Assembly (NCBI GenBank): GCA_965112735.1
Contig: OZ218955.1
Span: 1,302,001-1,366,000 of the forward strand
DNA length: 64,000 nt
DNA from: Phaeosaccion multiseriatum
Lineage: Eukaryota; Protista; Ochrophyta, other classes
Direction of reading: 5' to 3'
Below the pieces are notes generated by a model. That model saw only the letters and a list, made by a program, of their open reading frames with translations. It did not search any database and was not told the DNA's origin. Of the stretch, positions 28,776 through 42,689 are shown in pieces. The translations under genes and the position numbers were made by a program. Positions within the stretch are counted from its first letter, which is position 1. The number at the start of each line of letters is the position of its first letter.

Positions 28776-31700
28776 TTACGTAAAGTTACGTGTGGTGACG
28801 TGCCTGTGTACGAGCTCCTCGATGCGCTCCAGCTCCTGCACCCGACAAGCGCAAAAGCAAGGAGGAAGGGGAAGGAAAAGGGGGAAGAGGGGAAGAGGGG
28901 AAGGGAGGAGAGGGGGGAACGGAGGAGAGGGGGGAACGGAGGGAGAAGGGGGAGAAGGAGAGGAGATGAGGAGGGAAAGGAGGAGGCGACGATTGATAAG
29001 GCAAACGAACCACATTGAGCAAGCGCGGCACGGAATGATGGACAACACCCCCTACATATACTGCATCTCAGGGTGGGCGTTTGTGAGTGTCAGCCAGGCC
29101 TCTCCTCCCCTTCCTCCATCCTTTCGGGCCGCCTCTCCTCCCCTCCCCTCCTCTCCCCTCCCCTCCCCTCCCCTCTCTTCCTCCCACTCACCGGCAGGTC
29201 GGCGCTAACGTCATTCATTCTCAAATCCAGGCTGACGAGCGACGAATTGGTCTCAAGAGAAAGGCTAATAATCTGCATGTCGTCGTTACCAAGCTCGTTG
29301 CAGCTGAGATCCAACACGGCAAGGCTCTTCTGGGAGTCTCTTAGGATGATGGAGAGGGTAGTGGCGGTTTCGTGGCCAATACTGCTGCCGCTGAGGTTGA
29401 GATTGGTGATGGTGTTGCTGTCTCGCATGCCTTCGAGGAGCATGCGTCCACCGTCATCTGTGAGTCGGTTCAAACGGAGGTTGAGGTCCACGAGGGAGTC
29501 GTTGCTGTTGTGGGTTGCGTTGGGCGTCAAGGGATGGGGCGAGGGGAGGGACGGGGGGGGGGGGTAGGGGAGGGAGGGAGGAGGGTTGAGGAGGACAAAC
29601 AGTGGATCCATATCGAGAGAAAGCCTAGTAGTAGAAATGGTTGTAGTAGTAGTAGCCCCGTCCTCCATCCCTCCTTCCCCCCCTTTCCCTCACTCCCCTC
29701 CCCGGCCCTCTCCCTCCCTCCCCCTCTCCCTCCCTCTCCTCCCTCCCTCCCCTCCCCCCCTCCTTCCACCCCTCCCTCCTCCCCCTCCCCCCATTCACCA
29801 TCCAACCCACTCACTGTCGAAGCGCCCTGCCCAGGTACCGCCCCCCCTCCGCGTGTATCTGATTGTCAGCAAGGTTGAGGCTCGCCAACACGCTGTCGGT
29901 GCCCAGCAGCTTGCTCAGCAGTCGGGCGCCGTGGTTGGTGATTTTGTTGTGACTGACGTCGAGGTAGGTGATGGTGTTGTTGCGGATGAGGCCTGTCATG
30001 AGCATACGGAGCAAGTCGTCGTCGATCAAGTTGCCCTTCGTGTTAGAGGTGGGGGGGGTGGGGGGGTGGGAGTGCGATGTTAGTTTGTTAGAGAGGGATG
30101 GAGGGAGGTATAGAGGGAGGGAGGGGAGGAAGGGAGGGAGGTAGGGAAGGAGGGAAACGCAAGACAATACATGAAGAATTCTCCCTCCCTCCCTCTCTTC
30201 CTCCCTCCATCAATCCATTCATTCACCCTTAAGTACAAAGTAGGGTCTTCCTGTGTATATATCCATATACCTGAAAGATGAGTGCGCAGAGGTTGGGTGT
30301 CTGGTGAATGGCCTTGGCGAGGCTCGCAGCGTCGCTAATCTTCATGCCGAACAGCATCCTCTCGTACTTCATGCCAATACTCTTGACCCCGTATGTAACG
30401 TCCAACGTCGTGAGGTTGGGCAGCGCCTCGCACACCGCCTGCATGTTCGGGTGGGAGAGGAGTTGCTTCACTCTCACTGTGAAGACGTAGTCCTGACAGC
30501 AGCGCAGGAAGGCAAGCAGGTCTTCGAATGTGTCTCCGTTGTTGCCATGGTTAGCGATGCTGCCGCCTGCTGTCGTACCACCAACTATCGCACCACGACC
30601 ACTACTCGCCCCATTGGCATTGGTGCCGCTGGTGTTGGCTTGTGCGAGGGAGCTGTCGGCAGGGGGTGCGGAGGCGGAGGCGACTTGGTCGTTGTTGTTC
30701 AGAGAGGAGGTCGAGGAGGAGGTGGAGGAGCGCTTTTCTCTGCTGGTGAAGGCCTCGATACGAGCAGCTACGTGCGACTCGAAGAATAGCTGTGTTTGTC
30801 CAGAGGAGAGGCGTGAATGTCCACAGGAGATGGGATGTGCATGTGTGTGTGTGGGGGGGAAGAGGAGACAGAATATTGGGGTTTAGGGGGGAAGCAAGGG
30901 ACGAGATAACGCACGCACACACACAGGGAGAGAGAGAGCTAGGCAAACAAGCCAGACAGAAGACAGATGAGGAAAGGGCACAATGAGAGAGATGGAGACT
31001 AACATCCACCCACTCATCCACCCACCGACTCACTCCGTCACCCTCTCCGTCCCTCCGTCCCTCCGTCCCTCCCTTCCTCACTCGCACCTGCTTCCAACTA
31101 AGTCCGTGCTGATTTAAGTGGCACTTCTGCCATCCAAGCTGCTCCACACAGCGGCGCTTCCAATAGTTCTCGTCAAACACATACAATGCGCCAATCTGGA
31201 GGCAGCAGAGGGGGAGGAGGAGGGAGGAAGGAAGAGGGGGGAGGGGGGGGGATGGTCAATACTGCATGTGTCTTTGCAAAGGCACAGTGAGGCCGAACGG
31301 GAGAGAGATTCGAAAACGGGTTGGGTGCTGCACCAGGAAGGGTCGGGTGGCAGCAGCAGGGGCAGCAGCGCGCGAGAGAGAGAGGGCAAGAGAGAGACGA
31401 CAGAGAGAGAGAGAGAGAGACGAGAGAGACACGATAGGTGTGGATGGATGGAGAGGGGGAGAGAGTAAGAGAGTGAGGTGCCGCAAGGCGGGGGGTTGTT
31501 GCCATACCTTGGGGTCAAGATCTATGGACAGGTTGTCTGTTATTTGGCGCAGGAAGTTTGCCCCGATGCCTTGCTTGGCGCTTGTGCCCTCACACACGGG
31601 AAGCTGCTCGAAGTTGGCGACGATGACCTTGACGCACTTGGCAGTCAGCTTCTCGTGGGAGGGGTTGTTGCGCAGGGAGGTGTCAAAGGCCTTGTCTTCG

Positions 31701-31883
31701 ATTGGCGTCTGTAGAGCAGCGGAGTAGGAGTTGGTGATACAGCAGCAGGTGGGACAGAGATGCACAGGAGCGAAGGTGTCACCGACCAACAGACCAGCCA
31801 GCTTGCTCTAGTTGTAGCTGCGTGTGTTGAGGAGGAGTGAAGCGCCGAACCGCTAACGTGTCTGCTCTGTCCATCATCTTCAT
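28776..31883 (-). CDS. TCTE1: Dynein regulatory complex subunit 5 / TCTE1-like leucine-rich-repeat protein
   Basis: Spliced exons: LTAKCVKVIVANF..ITDNLSIDLDPK | YVFDENYWKRRC..HGLSWKQ | LFFESHV..QLLSHPNMQAVCEALPNLTTLDVTYGVKSIGMKYERMLFGMKISDA | GNLIDDDLLRMLMTGLIRNNTITYLDVSHNKITNHGARLL.. | NDSLVDLNLRLNRLTDDGG.. | ELERIEELVHRHVTTRNFT*. First exon and start uncertain. Confidence 0.85.
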
Positions 31884-34714
31884 GGGAGGAAGAAGAGCCT
31901 GCAAATACTTGTTCACCACTCCAGTCTACTATGCACACGCCCCATCGCCAAACAAGGAAGATGCGTACCGGGGAAGTGGCCAAGCTCTCCCAGACTGCCC
32001 AAGTCCAGAATACTCACCAAGAGCCAGGTCAAGCGTCGCCTTCTCGTCCCTCCTCCCCTCCATTCCCACCTACCCTTCTACGTCCCTCCCCCCCCTCCCT
32101 GCCCGGTCACAACCACGAAAAAGACTTCTACCCCACACTCACCTGGAAAGCTCGGGGTCTAAAGCGCTTGACCTGATCCGCCAGTGAAGACACGTCCGTC
32201 GTGCTCCCCACACTCAGTCCCATACGCATCGCCATTTTGCTGCTGCTCCTGCTCCTTCTCCTGCCGCCACCCCACTTTCCCTCCTCTTAGCTCCCCCACA
32301 ACCCCCCCTCCTAGAAACCTTCAACAGCTAACTGTTCTTGGCGTGCCTGAGGAGGCACAAATGCGGACGCCCCCCTCCCCAGCACGCTCTCTTTTGCTTT
32401 CCAGCTTGTTTCTTCCTCTTCTGCTACTGCCGCCGTTGCTGCTTCTACTGCTGCCACTTGTGCTGCTTCTTCTTCTTTTGGTTCTTCTGCTTTGTCTTAG
32501 TATACTGCAGGTGCTGACTGCCAACACACTTAGGTCACAGACGCAGCAGTCTGGTTCTTCGCAACCGTTTTCGGATTCGATCGCCAGCACTTCCGCCATC
32601 TGTGAGGACCCCCTCCTGTGTTGGGGGGCGGCCGAAAGGCGTCGGCGTCGCACACTGAGACAAGAAATACATCTTTCTTCTGCCCGTAGTCAAGCCAAGG
32701 GAAACCAGCAGGTGGAAGGACGAAGGAGCGACTATGGCGGACAAGGCGAAGAGCACGACGGAGGGTACGGGGGGAAAGAAGAGCGCCCCTTCAACCAAAG
32801 GAGGCGTGAGCGTGGGCGTAGCGGGCGTCATGCTAGTCCTTGGTATTGTGTTCGGCTGGTTGGTTGGTAAGTGTGTGTAGGGAGACGAGCTTGCACAGAC
32901 GCTCGAAAGGAGGTATCGTACCTCGGAGCGGAGCGAAGTGTCCGTGCAGCAAGCAGCACGACACAAAATGGAAGAACAGAAGGGCGCTCCAAGGAAACCT
33001 CGGGAAAAGTCTAGTGAGGCACGAGATGTGAAGTGTCGCGAAGGTGAAGGGAAGCAGACATGCTCTTTGTTGGTCTCACTACGTCAGGACCAACGGACCT
33101 GACTGCCGTACTGTCCAACTTGAAGACATGAATGAGATGCAGCTTCTTCGATGTCGATCATGAGAAAGTCAAGGGAGCTCAGCTCCGCAGCAGCCAAGAT
33201 GCTCTTACGGATACGCTGCTCTTTGCGTGTGACACCAGGCAGGGCAATTGAAATCCCAGGAGCGGCCAAGCCATAGCAGTCGTGTACACAACCGAACACG
33301 GGCAACCCTACCCGATCCAGTACGAATACATCCCCCAGTGTCTTCTGAGTCTCGGAACGGACAGCAAAGACCGGCTTGCGAGCTACTTGGATTCGGCAAC
33401 GCGCCATGCTGCCCCAAGTAGCTCGTGAGCTCGGCTTTGCTGTCTGCTTCGACCGTCAGAAATACAGGGTTTTGTCATACTGTGTTGTACTTGGTGCATT
33501 CAAGCATTCAAGGCCCGGGCCGTGTGCACGACTGCTGCTGCTATTGGCCAGCCGCTGTGGGATTGGATTGGATTGGAAGCCCAGTTCGGAAGGCATCGTA
33601 CTGGCCATGGGAACATGGCGCCCCAGTTGTGATGGCAGCCCCATTGGGTAGGCGGAGGCTGCTGTCTCTGCCACTGCTGCGGGAATGCTGCACTCGACAC
33701 GGCTGCTTGGTGGGTGGATGGGTTGATGGGTTGGTGAGTGGGTGGGTTGGTTGGTTGGGTGGTGGGTTGGCTTCTAACAGCATCGTGCGCCATTGGCAAT
33801 GTGATGAGGGGATCTTACCCAGAAGGAGAGAGAGACACACGCAAACGGAAGAGAGAGGCCCAGTCAGCTGGTGACCAAGAAAACTTATTTTACTTTGTAA
33901 ATTGTACGCATTACGAAGTAAAAACAAGCTCAATAGAAGCCTCCAAATAACCAACACTTATCAGACCAGCCAACGGGAAGGCTCAGCACCACCACACCGC
34001 CTTCCACGCACGCACTTACGTAAAATCCGCTTACGCCGCCCCACACTTAAGAGGAGCAATCGAATGTCCGAATGTCCGATGTGTCGCATCCGTGACAGTG
34101 ACTCGTGCTGCTGCCGCCTGCAAGCCTGCTGCTGCTGCCTATATGCCTGCTGCTGCTGTTGCTGCCTATATGCCTGCTGCTGCTGCTGCTGCTGCTGCTG
34201 TTGTTGTTGTGGTTGTTTGCTGATGCTATTGGGTTGGTGTGTGCAGCTATGCTGCTGCTAGTGTAGACCCAGGCCACGAATCAAAACTGGAGCCGAGGTG
34301 ACTGCACTGTCACACAACAAGCACACCGTGTGTCAACCCACGACACACTCACCGCCAGCAGCCAAGAGAATGCTTCGGCTGCCATCCAGCGCAAGGCCTC
34401 TCTCCTCTTCCCTATCTCTGGTTTCCTTGTTTGACTGGTGCTGAGTAGGGTCGAATAACTGAAAAAATGAACGTCTCTCTTCTCACCACCTCCTCATTCT
34501 CTTCTCTCGCTCTTTCCACCCTTCCCCTCTTGAGCAAGGCCAACTGCTCCTCCTCATTTACAAGCCTCAAACAAGCTTTCCTCCTCCTCCTCCTCCTCCT
34601 CCTTCTCCTTTCGTCTTCTCCATCCACTCTCACAGCCCCCATCCGCCCCAGGCCTCGGCTCACGCCCCCTCCCAAGGTTTCCGACAGGCGGTGCACGTGT
34701 ACGCGTGACGCAGG

Positions 34715-37505
34715 CTAAGTCGCAAATCCCTGTGCGACTCCTACCGCCCCCCCTCCTCCTCCTCCTCCTCCTCCTCCTCCTCCTCCTCCTCCGGGTGCTA
34801 ATGGGGCTCCTGGCGCTGCAGTGGCCTGTGCTTCTGTCGCTGTTGCTGCTGTTGCTGTTGTTGTTGTTGCTGCTGCTGCTGCTGCTGCTATCTCTGCCTC
34901 CCTGGCAGCTACTGCCTGCATCCGTGCAACCTCCGCCTAAACCAGCAGCAACACGCACACCACACCACATCACATCACATCACAAGACGGTGGGGTGGGG
35001 GGCAATAGGAGGGGGGGGGAGAGAGAGATTCTTCAGTGCAGGGTGGGGGATGCAAGCGGACGGGAGGAGGGGAGGAGGGGAGGGTGAGGGGTGTCCCTGA
35101 CCTTGGCCAAGGCGACTACATCACATCCACTGCCATCCACTGCCATCCACGGCCGTATCTCCCCTGAGGATCTTGGACCAAGTAAAGTAGTCTCACCTGG
35201 AGCTGCTCTGGGCTGAGGCACATTCTGACGTAGACAGCGTTCCGCCGCTCCTCCTTGTCCCCCACTGCTTGGAACTGCGCCTGTGGGGAAGGCAAGGGCG
35301 GGGGAGGGAAGGAAGCAGAGAGATGTCAGCTCCTCTCTCTCTCTCTCTCTCTCTCTGTCACTCCCTCATGCTCTCTCTCTGACCCCAGGGCCCTCACCCC
35401 CTCTCCCACCCCTCGCCCATCTCACCCCCTCCCCTCCACCTCCACCTCCCTCTCCCCTCCCCTCTCCTCCACTCTCCCCTCTCCCCTCCCTTCCCCTCCC
35501 TCTCCCCTCCGTACCTGAGCTAGCTTCTGCTGGAAGGTGCTGTCTGCTGGCACCAGTGCAGACAGCGCCGCGAGAGAGATGCGATTTTCTGTAGTTGGGT
35601 TGGGATTGATTGGTGTTTGGTTTCGTGCTTAATGGTACGTCTTCAGAAATCGAAATCGAAAAAATTTGTACATGCCCTCTCTACGCGTAGCCCATTCCTG
35701 GGCTGAGCTCAAACAAACTGAAGCTACTGAGGTGTCCGTTACGATGACGAACCTGTGGCGGTGGAGATGACGTCCTCCACGGCGCGCTTAAAGAGCACAG
35801 ACGCGTAGCCCCGCTTGCGGTACTCGGCTAGCACGCACAGTCTACGGGGGGGGTGTGTATACGTGGGTGTAGGTGTGTGTGAGAGTGTGTGAGTGGACGG
35901 CAGGGGAAGCAGCCGGGAGAGGAAAGGAGAGGCGAAATACAGAGGCTAACACTCTCTCCTTCACACTCAAGACTAGGCGGACTCCTTTGCCCTCTCTCTC
36001 TCTCTTTCTCTACCTTTCTATTTTGATTGAAACCACGACCTCTCTCGCTCTCTCTCGCTCTCTCTCCCTCTCACCGTGTGCTTGAGCATACCCCCCCCCC
36101 CCCCCGTCACCACCAAGTGCCGTGACAAAAGCAACCAGCACAGTGTAGCGTCCCTCTGCACCCACAGATCGACAAGCCCTAAGTTCTCTGCCCTCTGCTC
36201 CCTGCTGACAGGCTTTCTTTTCTCCTACCTCCTTTCCTCTTTCGTAAGTCTTACCTGTCGAAAGTAGCGATTTGTTGGCCATTTCCTGCATCCTCCACCC
36301 TCCACCGCAAATACCCAACTGGCGCATCACCAACTGTGAGTCAGAGCAAGGGGCAGCGTAAGCAAAGGCGAGGAGGGAAGAGGAAGGAAGACTATGACTC
36401 TCCAGACGGCCCTGGCGCTGCTCTACCCCCCTCTGCCCATACGCTGCCCTCACGTAGGCACAGGTACTTACGCTGCATGATGATGTGCCTGCTGGTCTTG
36501 TCCACAGCGTCAAACTCAAGCTGACAAGGGAAGAGAACAGGAGAGCGGAGTAGCAGAGCAGAGCAGGGCATGCAGTGTAGAGAAGAGTGGAGGACGTAGA
36601 GTAGGGCCCGGGAGGGAGGGGGTGAGGGAGTGGGCGAGTGGGGAAGAGAGAGGAGGTGAGGCAGGAGTCGGAGTAGGAGTAGGAGAGTAGTCAGAGCACA
36701 CACACACACTAGTAATAGCTAGTAGAAGGAGAAGGAGGAGGAAGAAGGAGGAGAAGGAGGAGGAAGAGGGAGAAGGAGGAAGGAAGGAAGGAAGGAGGAG
36801 GAGGAGGAGGAGGAGGAGGAGGAGGAGGAGGAGGAGACGAAGAAGAGAGAGGAAATACGATACGGGTAATACCTCACTTACCTCATATGGAAGACCTCCT
36901 TCCTCTACAAAGACACGCTTGCGCATTATTCTGACTAGAGCGAAGTAGGCGGCGTAGCGCTCGCTAGTTGTTGAGCTCTGGGTTGGCGGAGGGGGGGAGG
37001 AGGAGGGAGAGAGGGAGGAGAGCGAGGGAAGGGAGAGAGCGAAAGAGAGGAGCGAGGGAAAGCGAGAGAGAGAGAAATGAGAGGGAGAGAAAAGTGAGAG
37101 GGAGAGAGGAGAGTGTGTGAGAGATGGAGGGAGAGGAAGAGGAGAGGGAAAGAGAGCGAATGAGGGAAAGAGAAAAGAGACAGTGATGTGAAAAGCATTC
37201 ATTTCACTCAGAGCCACCCTCCCCTACCCCCCAACACCATGGGCTACACTGAGTCCACTCCATACCTGATCAAAAATGCGGAAGTTGATGCCTGACTGGG
37301 GCTGATGGGTGGAGAGCATCTTGAAAATGCGGCCCTTGCCCTGGTGCCCACACACGCTGCACTTGTCCTCCTGGTGGTGGGGATGGTTACAGACGTTACA
37401 CATCGGAGGGGGGCCTACCCCCCTCTGCTGTTGCTGCCGCTGTAGCTGGGGCTTTAGCTGGGGGGGGGGCTGCGGCGGTTGTCCTATCCCTCCCTGCATC
37501 ATCAT
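34715..37505 (-). CDS. GNAT-family (ElaA/YjcF-like) acetyltransferase with N-terminal Cys/His cluster
   Basis: Phase-consistent exons: CNVCNHPHHQEDKCSVCGH.. | IMRKRVFVEEGGLPYE | LEFDAVDKTSRHIIMQ | LGDAPVGYLRW..FDR | LCVLAEYRKRGYASVLF (motif A) | ENRISLAALSALVP.. | AQFQAVGDKEERRNAVYVRM. The last low-complexity exon (34915-34715) is less certain. Confidence 0.8.
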
Positions 37506-37892
37506 CCCCGCCCTTTACCTTCCCACCACCCCCCGCGAAGCAAGCGCCCCCACTCCTTGTTGGTCAGACACTCTCCTGAAGTGCCGAGCTCGTGGATCAA
37601 CCTCGATTAACACAGAACGAGGCAGGTTGTAGATTGGAAAAAGGTTGAAGGGCCTTGTTTCTCGAGACGTAAGTTCCCCCTCTCCTCCACAGTGCCAGAA
37701 CTAGCTTCGTGTTTCAACAGCAGAGGACTCCTGCAGAGTTATGGTTGTCTCTACACGCTCTTGGTCTCTTGTCTTTCGGCAGACAGAGAGCGCTACAGCA
37801 GCGAAGGGAAAAATTTGAATTTACGTAATGGTACATAGTTTCCGTTTCAGTATCGTAAAATCGTATGTGAAATATCTATACACTTTTGCTTT

Positions 37893-38895
37893 ATGCGGAT
37901 TGCCCCTTTACAAAGCCTCCTGTGCCGTGTGCTTCTAAGCAGTGGCAGCATCAGCAGAGGAAGCATCCGTATCAGCAGCTCCAGCCCCACCACCACCGGC
38001 ATCAGCAGGTGTAGCGTCCGGCACTTTGCATCCGCGACGGATCTGTCGACCCAACCCAACATGACGACCTTCCGCTTGACGGCGAGGGGAGCGAAGCTCA
38101 TCATTTCCGAGGGAGATCTCACGCAATGGCAAGGTCAGCGAGAGGGTGGAGGGGAGCTGGAGCTTGTCTTCTCTTTCTTTTGGACGCGCTTCCCCTCAGC
38201 CCTCCCAAAGGGAAACAATAATGGGGGGGGGGGGGGGGTGGTTTTACTTTGCGCGTCTCTTCGCCTCCCTTCGTCGCGCAGCCCGATGGTCCTAGCCCCT
38301 CTCGACACCCACCCTTTCCCTGCGCTTCTCTCTCCGCGTGCACGGCAGGGGATGCCATCGTGAATGCCGCCAACGAGCGTATGCTGGGCGGAGGCGGGGT
38401 GGACGGGGCGATTCATCGCCGGGCGGGCCCTGGACTGCTTGAGGTACCCCCCCATTCGTATGTGCATGGGACAAACACCAACCTCCCTCCCTGATTGACT
38501 CACTCACCCTCCCTGACTCCCTCCGGCACTCATCCAATCAGTCTTGTCCCTCTGTGGGATCCCGATCAAAACTCCTCATTTCCTCTCTCCTCTCCTCTCA
38601 TTCCTTCTACACGTACTCTACTCACCTCTCTTCACCCTGCTCTACGCGTACTCTCATCCCCTTCCCGTATTCACACCTTCTCTCCTCTCATCTCTCTCCT
38701 CTCCTTGCCAGGCGTGCAAGGCGGTGCCTGAGGTCAGGAGGGGCGTACGGTGTCCCGCAGGGGAAGCACGCATCACCGAAGGCTTCAACCTACCCGCCAC
38801 ACATGTCATTCACACTGTAGGTACGTGGGAAGTCGAGGCAGACACCGACACAGAGTCAAGTCACATCTTGGTGGGCTTGATCTGCTCTCTTCTCC

Positions 38896-38974
<79 letters not shown>

Positions 38975-39635
38975 GGGAGGTGATTGCGCGTTTTTCATCC
39001 CTACCTGCCTGTCGTCCTCTTAATGCTGTTCTACTCCCTTTTTCCTTCTTCAGCTCCTGCTACTTCACCTGCTTGCTACTGACAGCTCCTGCTACTTCAC
39101 CTGCTTGCTACTGCTGCTGCGCGCACCCCGCCCATTCTTCCCTCCACCTCGCTCGCGCCTCTTGCCCCCTGCCCTGCGCCCCCCCCTCCCCACCATCCCC
39201 TCATTCCTCGCCCCTCACCCCTCACTTGTAAAAGGCCCTCGCTTCAAGAGCCACGATTCCTCCGGGCCCGTCCTGGCCAATGCGTACCGAAATTCCATGC
39301 TCCTCGCCAAGGAGGCCAGTCTCAAGACCATCGCCTTCCCCGCCATCAGCTGTGGCGTGTATGGCTATCCTATCCGGGCAGCTGCTGAGGTTGCCCTCTC
39401 TACCGTGAAGGAGGTTGCCGAGGAGTGGGAGGGGCTGGAGGCGGTGGAGTTTGTGCTGTTTGGGGTGGACACGCTCATGCCTTTTTCCCGTGTGGCACAG
39501 CTGCTTTTTGAGGAGTGGAGGGATGATGAGCCTTGTAATGGTGACGATAGCGATGTCGCTGATGTGAAGCCGGGGAAGGAGGGGGAGCAGGAGGGTGGAA
39601 GCAACGGAGAGACGGGGAGGAATGGAGATCTATAG
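37893..39635 (+). CDS. MacroD/YmdB-type macrodomain protein (ADP-ribosyl hydrolase / O-acetyl-ADP-ribose deacetylase) with possible organellar transit peptide
   Basis: 4 exons: ..[12 protein letters not shown] | [31 protein letters not shown] | [26 protein letters not shown] | [26 protein letters not shown]. The N-terminus is Arg/Ser-rich with no acidic residues. Confidence 0.92.
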
Positions 39636-40900
39636 CGGTGCCGCCGTCCCCAACCACCTCACCACCACCACGTGCGAACGAGCAACAAGGGGCAGGCCAT
39701 CAGAGACGTGAAAGTCATCAAAGTCCATCCGGTCTCCAGCAGCTGCGGCCACCCAAGAGCAGCAGCAGCTGCTGCGAGGGGAGGAGAGGGCGGGAGCTGC
39801 ATGGGTGGTGGCAAGGGCCGCACACGCCTAGGGAAGAGGGCAGCGGCAAAGCCGGCGATGGTCCTTACTTCGTTGGCTCTTGTACAGGAGGGATGGACGG
39901 ACAACACATGTCTTGTAAGTACAGTAAGTAAAGTGACGGGATGAGCATCCGGACGTTTGACGACAGTCTGTGGAACACCTGAAGCACCAACGAACCCCCC
40001 CCCAAGAGAAGCACATGGAGCCCGACTCATGGATACTGTGGTAGATCTGTCTCCTGTGTGTGCATATTGGACTTGTAGGGGCATCCCTCATCCAAATTCT
40101 TGGCAATTGGCCATCCCTCGTCGTGTACATAGGAGAGAGACACCACAGAAGGATTTTTTAACTTTTACTCGCATAAATAATGCTGAAATCTGAAATGAAA
40201 TGAATACACAGAAGCTCGTGGACGAGAACCATGCCCCATCCGCTCTCACGCACTTGTCGGGTGAGTGAGTGAGTTATGCTCAACGGGTGCGGCTTCCCTT
40301 TGCCTCGGCACGAGCACCGCCCCCCCCCCCCCCCCCTGGCCTGTCCTTCTCTCCTTCACGTAAGCGATGGTATGCCAATGAGGACAATGCGCTGTTCCCA
40401 ACATATCCCCCCTTTTTTTGGTGATAACTATGCTATTATTACAAAAAAAGACTTGAAGCAAACTAACGAGACAAGCTGGCGACCACCCGCGCACGTAACA
40501 GACCAGCCAGTGGCAGCAGCCAGGTATGGCGGTGATGATGTCCGACCCAAAAGGAGGTCTTGGTCCTATGCACGTTGACTTGGGTCAGCCACCAGCCCAC
40601 CCAAGCAGCTCCACCACCCCTCCCAGCACCCCTCTTCATCTAAGCCCAACTACCAACCACTCACTGTGAGCCGCTCGGGTACACCAGTGACTCCCCCCCC
40701 CGACCTTCGCCTTTGCTTTGCGCCTCGCCAGATGATGACCTCAGCCGCTTTTCTCGCTCTGAGAAAGAGCCCTTTCCTGTCAAGCCAATCTGCCATACGC
40801 GGTACCTCTCTCGCATCGCACCCGTCGGGTGAGCAAGAGCGGTACTCTTCTGTCTACGAGTGGTCTTGTCCACCCCCATCTCCCGACTCATCAAGCCCAT

Positions 40901-42563
40901 TCAGCTCATTTCCTCTGCCATGCTCTCCCACACCTCGCTCCCGACACTCCAGGGCCTCTCCAGCGGCGGCATCCCCCTCTCCTTGCAGAAGGTCGGATCG
41001 GTCCTTCGCATAAGGTCCAGAGTACTCTGCGATCGGAAGAAGGCTGCTGCTGCCTCTCTGAGCGGCTGCTCAATCTCGGGGCGGAGTACATTCCGCCGTG
41101 CCGCAGCCAAGGCCTTGTCCACCGAGGCATCGGCCGAGAGGAGCTGCCGTGCAATGCCATGGTGGCCATAGTAGATGGCGAGAATCAGTGGGGTGACGCC
41201 GTCCGATCTTTGGTCGTCGATGGGTGACCCGGCAGAGATGAGACGAGCGACGACAGCCTCGTGTCCGTTTTGAGCAGCAAGGTGGAGGGGTGTTATACCG
41301 TTGTTGGTCGCTGTCTCCACCTTTGCTCCTGCAGAGAGAAGCCGCTCCACCACGGCCTCGTGACCGTTTTGAGCAGCAAGGTGGAGGGGTGTCGCACCGT
41401 CGCTTTTCCGTATCTTCACTCTGGCTCCCGCAGAAAGAAGCTGCTCCACCACGGCGTCGTGACCTTCTTGAGCAGCCATGTGCAGAGGAGTGAAGCCCCC
41501 GGGGTTAGACGCGAGTACGTCCGCCCCTGCAGCCAAAAGTAACTTCACCACGGCCAAGCGTCCTCTGTGAGCAGCGATCATGAGAGGAGTGAAGCCCTCA
41601 TTGTTCCTGACCTCCACGTTGATATGCTCATCGAGGAGCTGCTGCACGATTGACGCGTGACCCTGCTCCGAGGCTGCGAAGAGTGAAGTGAAGCCTTGGT
41701 CATCAGCCTTGTCGATGCTGGCGTTGGCCCCAATGAGCTTCTGTACCACACTCCCATGCCCGTCGCGGGACGCCACGATGAGTGGAGTCATTCCTTGATG
41801 GTCGGGTCTGTCCACATCCGCGTCCGCTGCAATGAGCTGCTCTACGATGGAGGTGTGCCCATCTTGAGCCGCCTGCCATATCGGAGTCGCTCCAGTCTCA
41901 TCGGCAATATTGACATCGGCCCCCGCCGAGATTAGCTGTTGCACTGTCGTGGGATGCCCCATGATGGCAGCGTAACCCAAAGGCGTTACCTCGTTGACAT
42001 TGGCTTGGTCTACAGCGGCTCCGATGTCCAACAGCCGTCTCACCACCTCGTTGTGTCCTTTCGCTACAGCCAATAGCAGTGGCGTGTTCCCGAGCGAACC
42101 CCCCCGAACGCTGAACGAGGCTCCTTCCTGCAGAAGAAGGTTCAGGACATCCAGCCGACCGCATGACGCAGACAATATCATAGCGGTGGGGCCATGTTCG
42201 TGGATAGGCTGATCCAAGCTCGCTTTACCGTGCTTTGAGACAAGCTTCCTCACCCGTGTATTCACACTGGAGAGGCTTTCCATCCCACTGATGGCCTGAC
42301 AGAGTCGACGCGCCTGCCATGGAGTGTGTGCAAAGCGTTGAGAAAGATAGATAATGAGAACGACACGCCAGGTGGGATTGGACCAGGCTGGGCTCGGCCG
42401 GGCTAGAGGGGAAACCATCGATTCAAGAACCTAACACTCCGTCTCTCTTTGAGAGACTCACTCCTGCTCGCATCTCTCGCATCATCCGCCTTATTCCTAC
42501 TACACACCACAGAGAGAATCCCTGCTGTGCCCTTACCTCGGGCGGAATGGCCTGTTGGGCCAT
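40901..42563 (-). CDS. Ankyrin-repeat protein A6 (11 repeats + conserved tail, ~479 aa)
   Basis: Exon 1 42563-42537 (MAQQAIPPE|GTAAGG), exon 2 42313-40901 in frame. Confidence 0.9.
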
Positions 42564-42689
42564 GGCAAGGTGAGTAGGACCGGCAGCTCTTCGTTGCTCG
42601 TCCCTACGCCTCCACCCTCCTGAGACGGACCGCAGAGCTGAGGCAAGAGAGAGGGGGTCTCTTTCAAATGCGTTGCCACCCAGTCACTC

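Noticed and set aside
32184-34300. Possible gene or pseudogene between TCTE1 and GNAT (coding-like stretch ~33085-33430)
   Set aside because: The frames are interrupted by stops, with no recognisable motif or consistent splice model.
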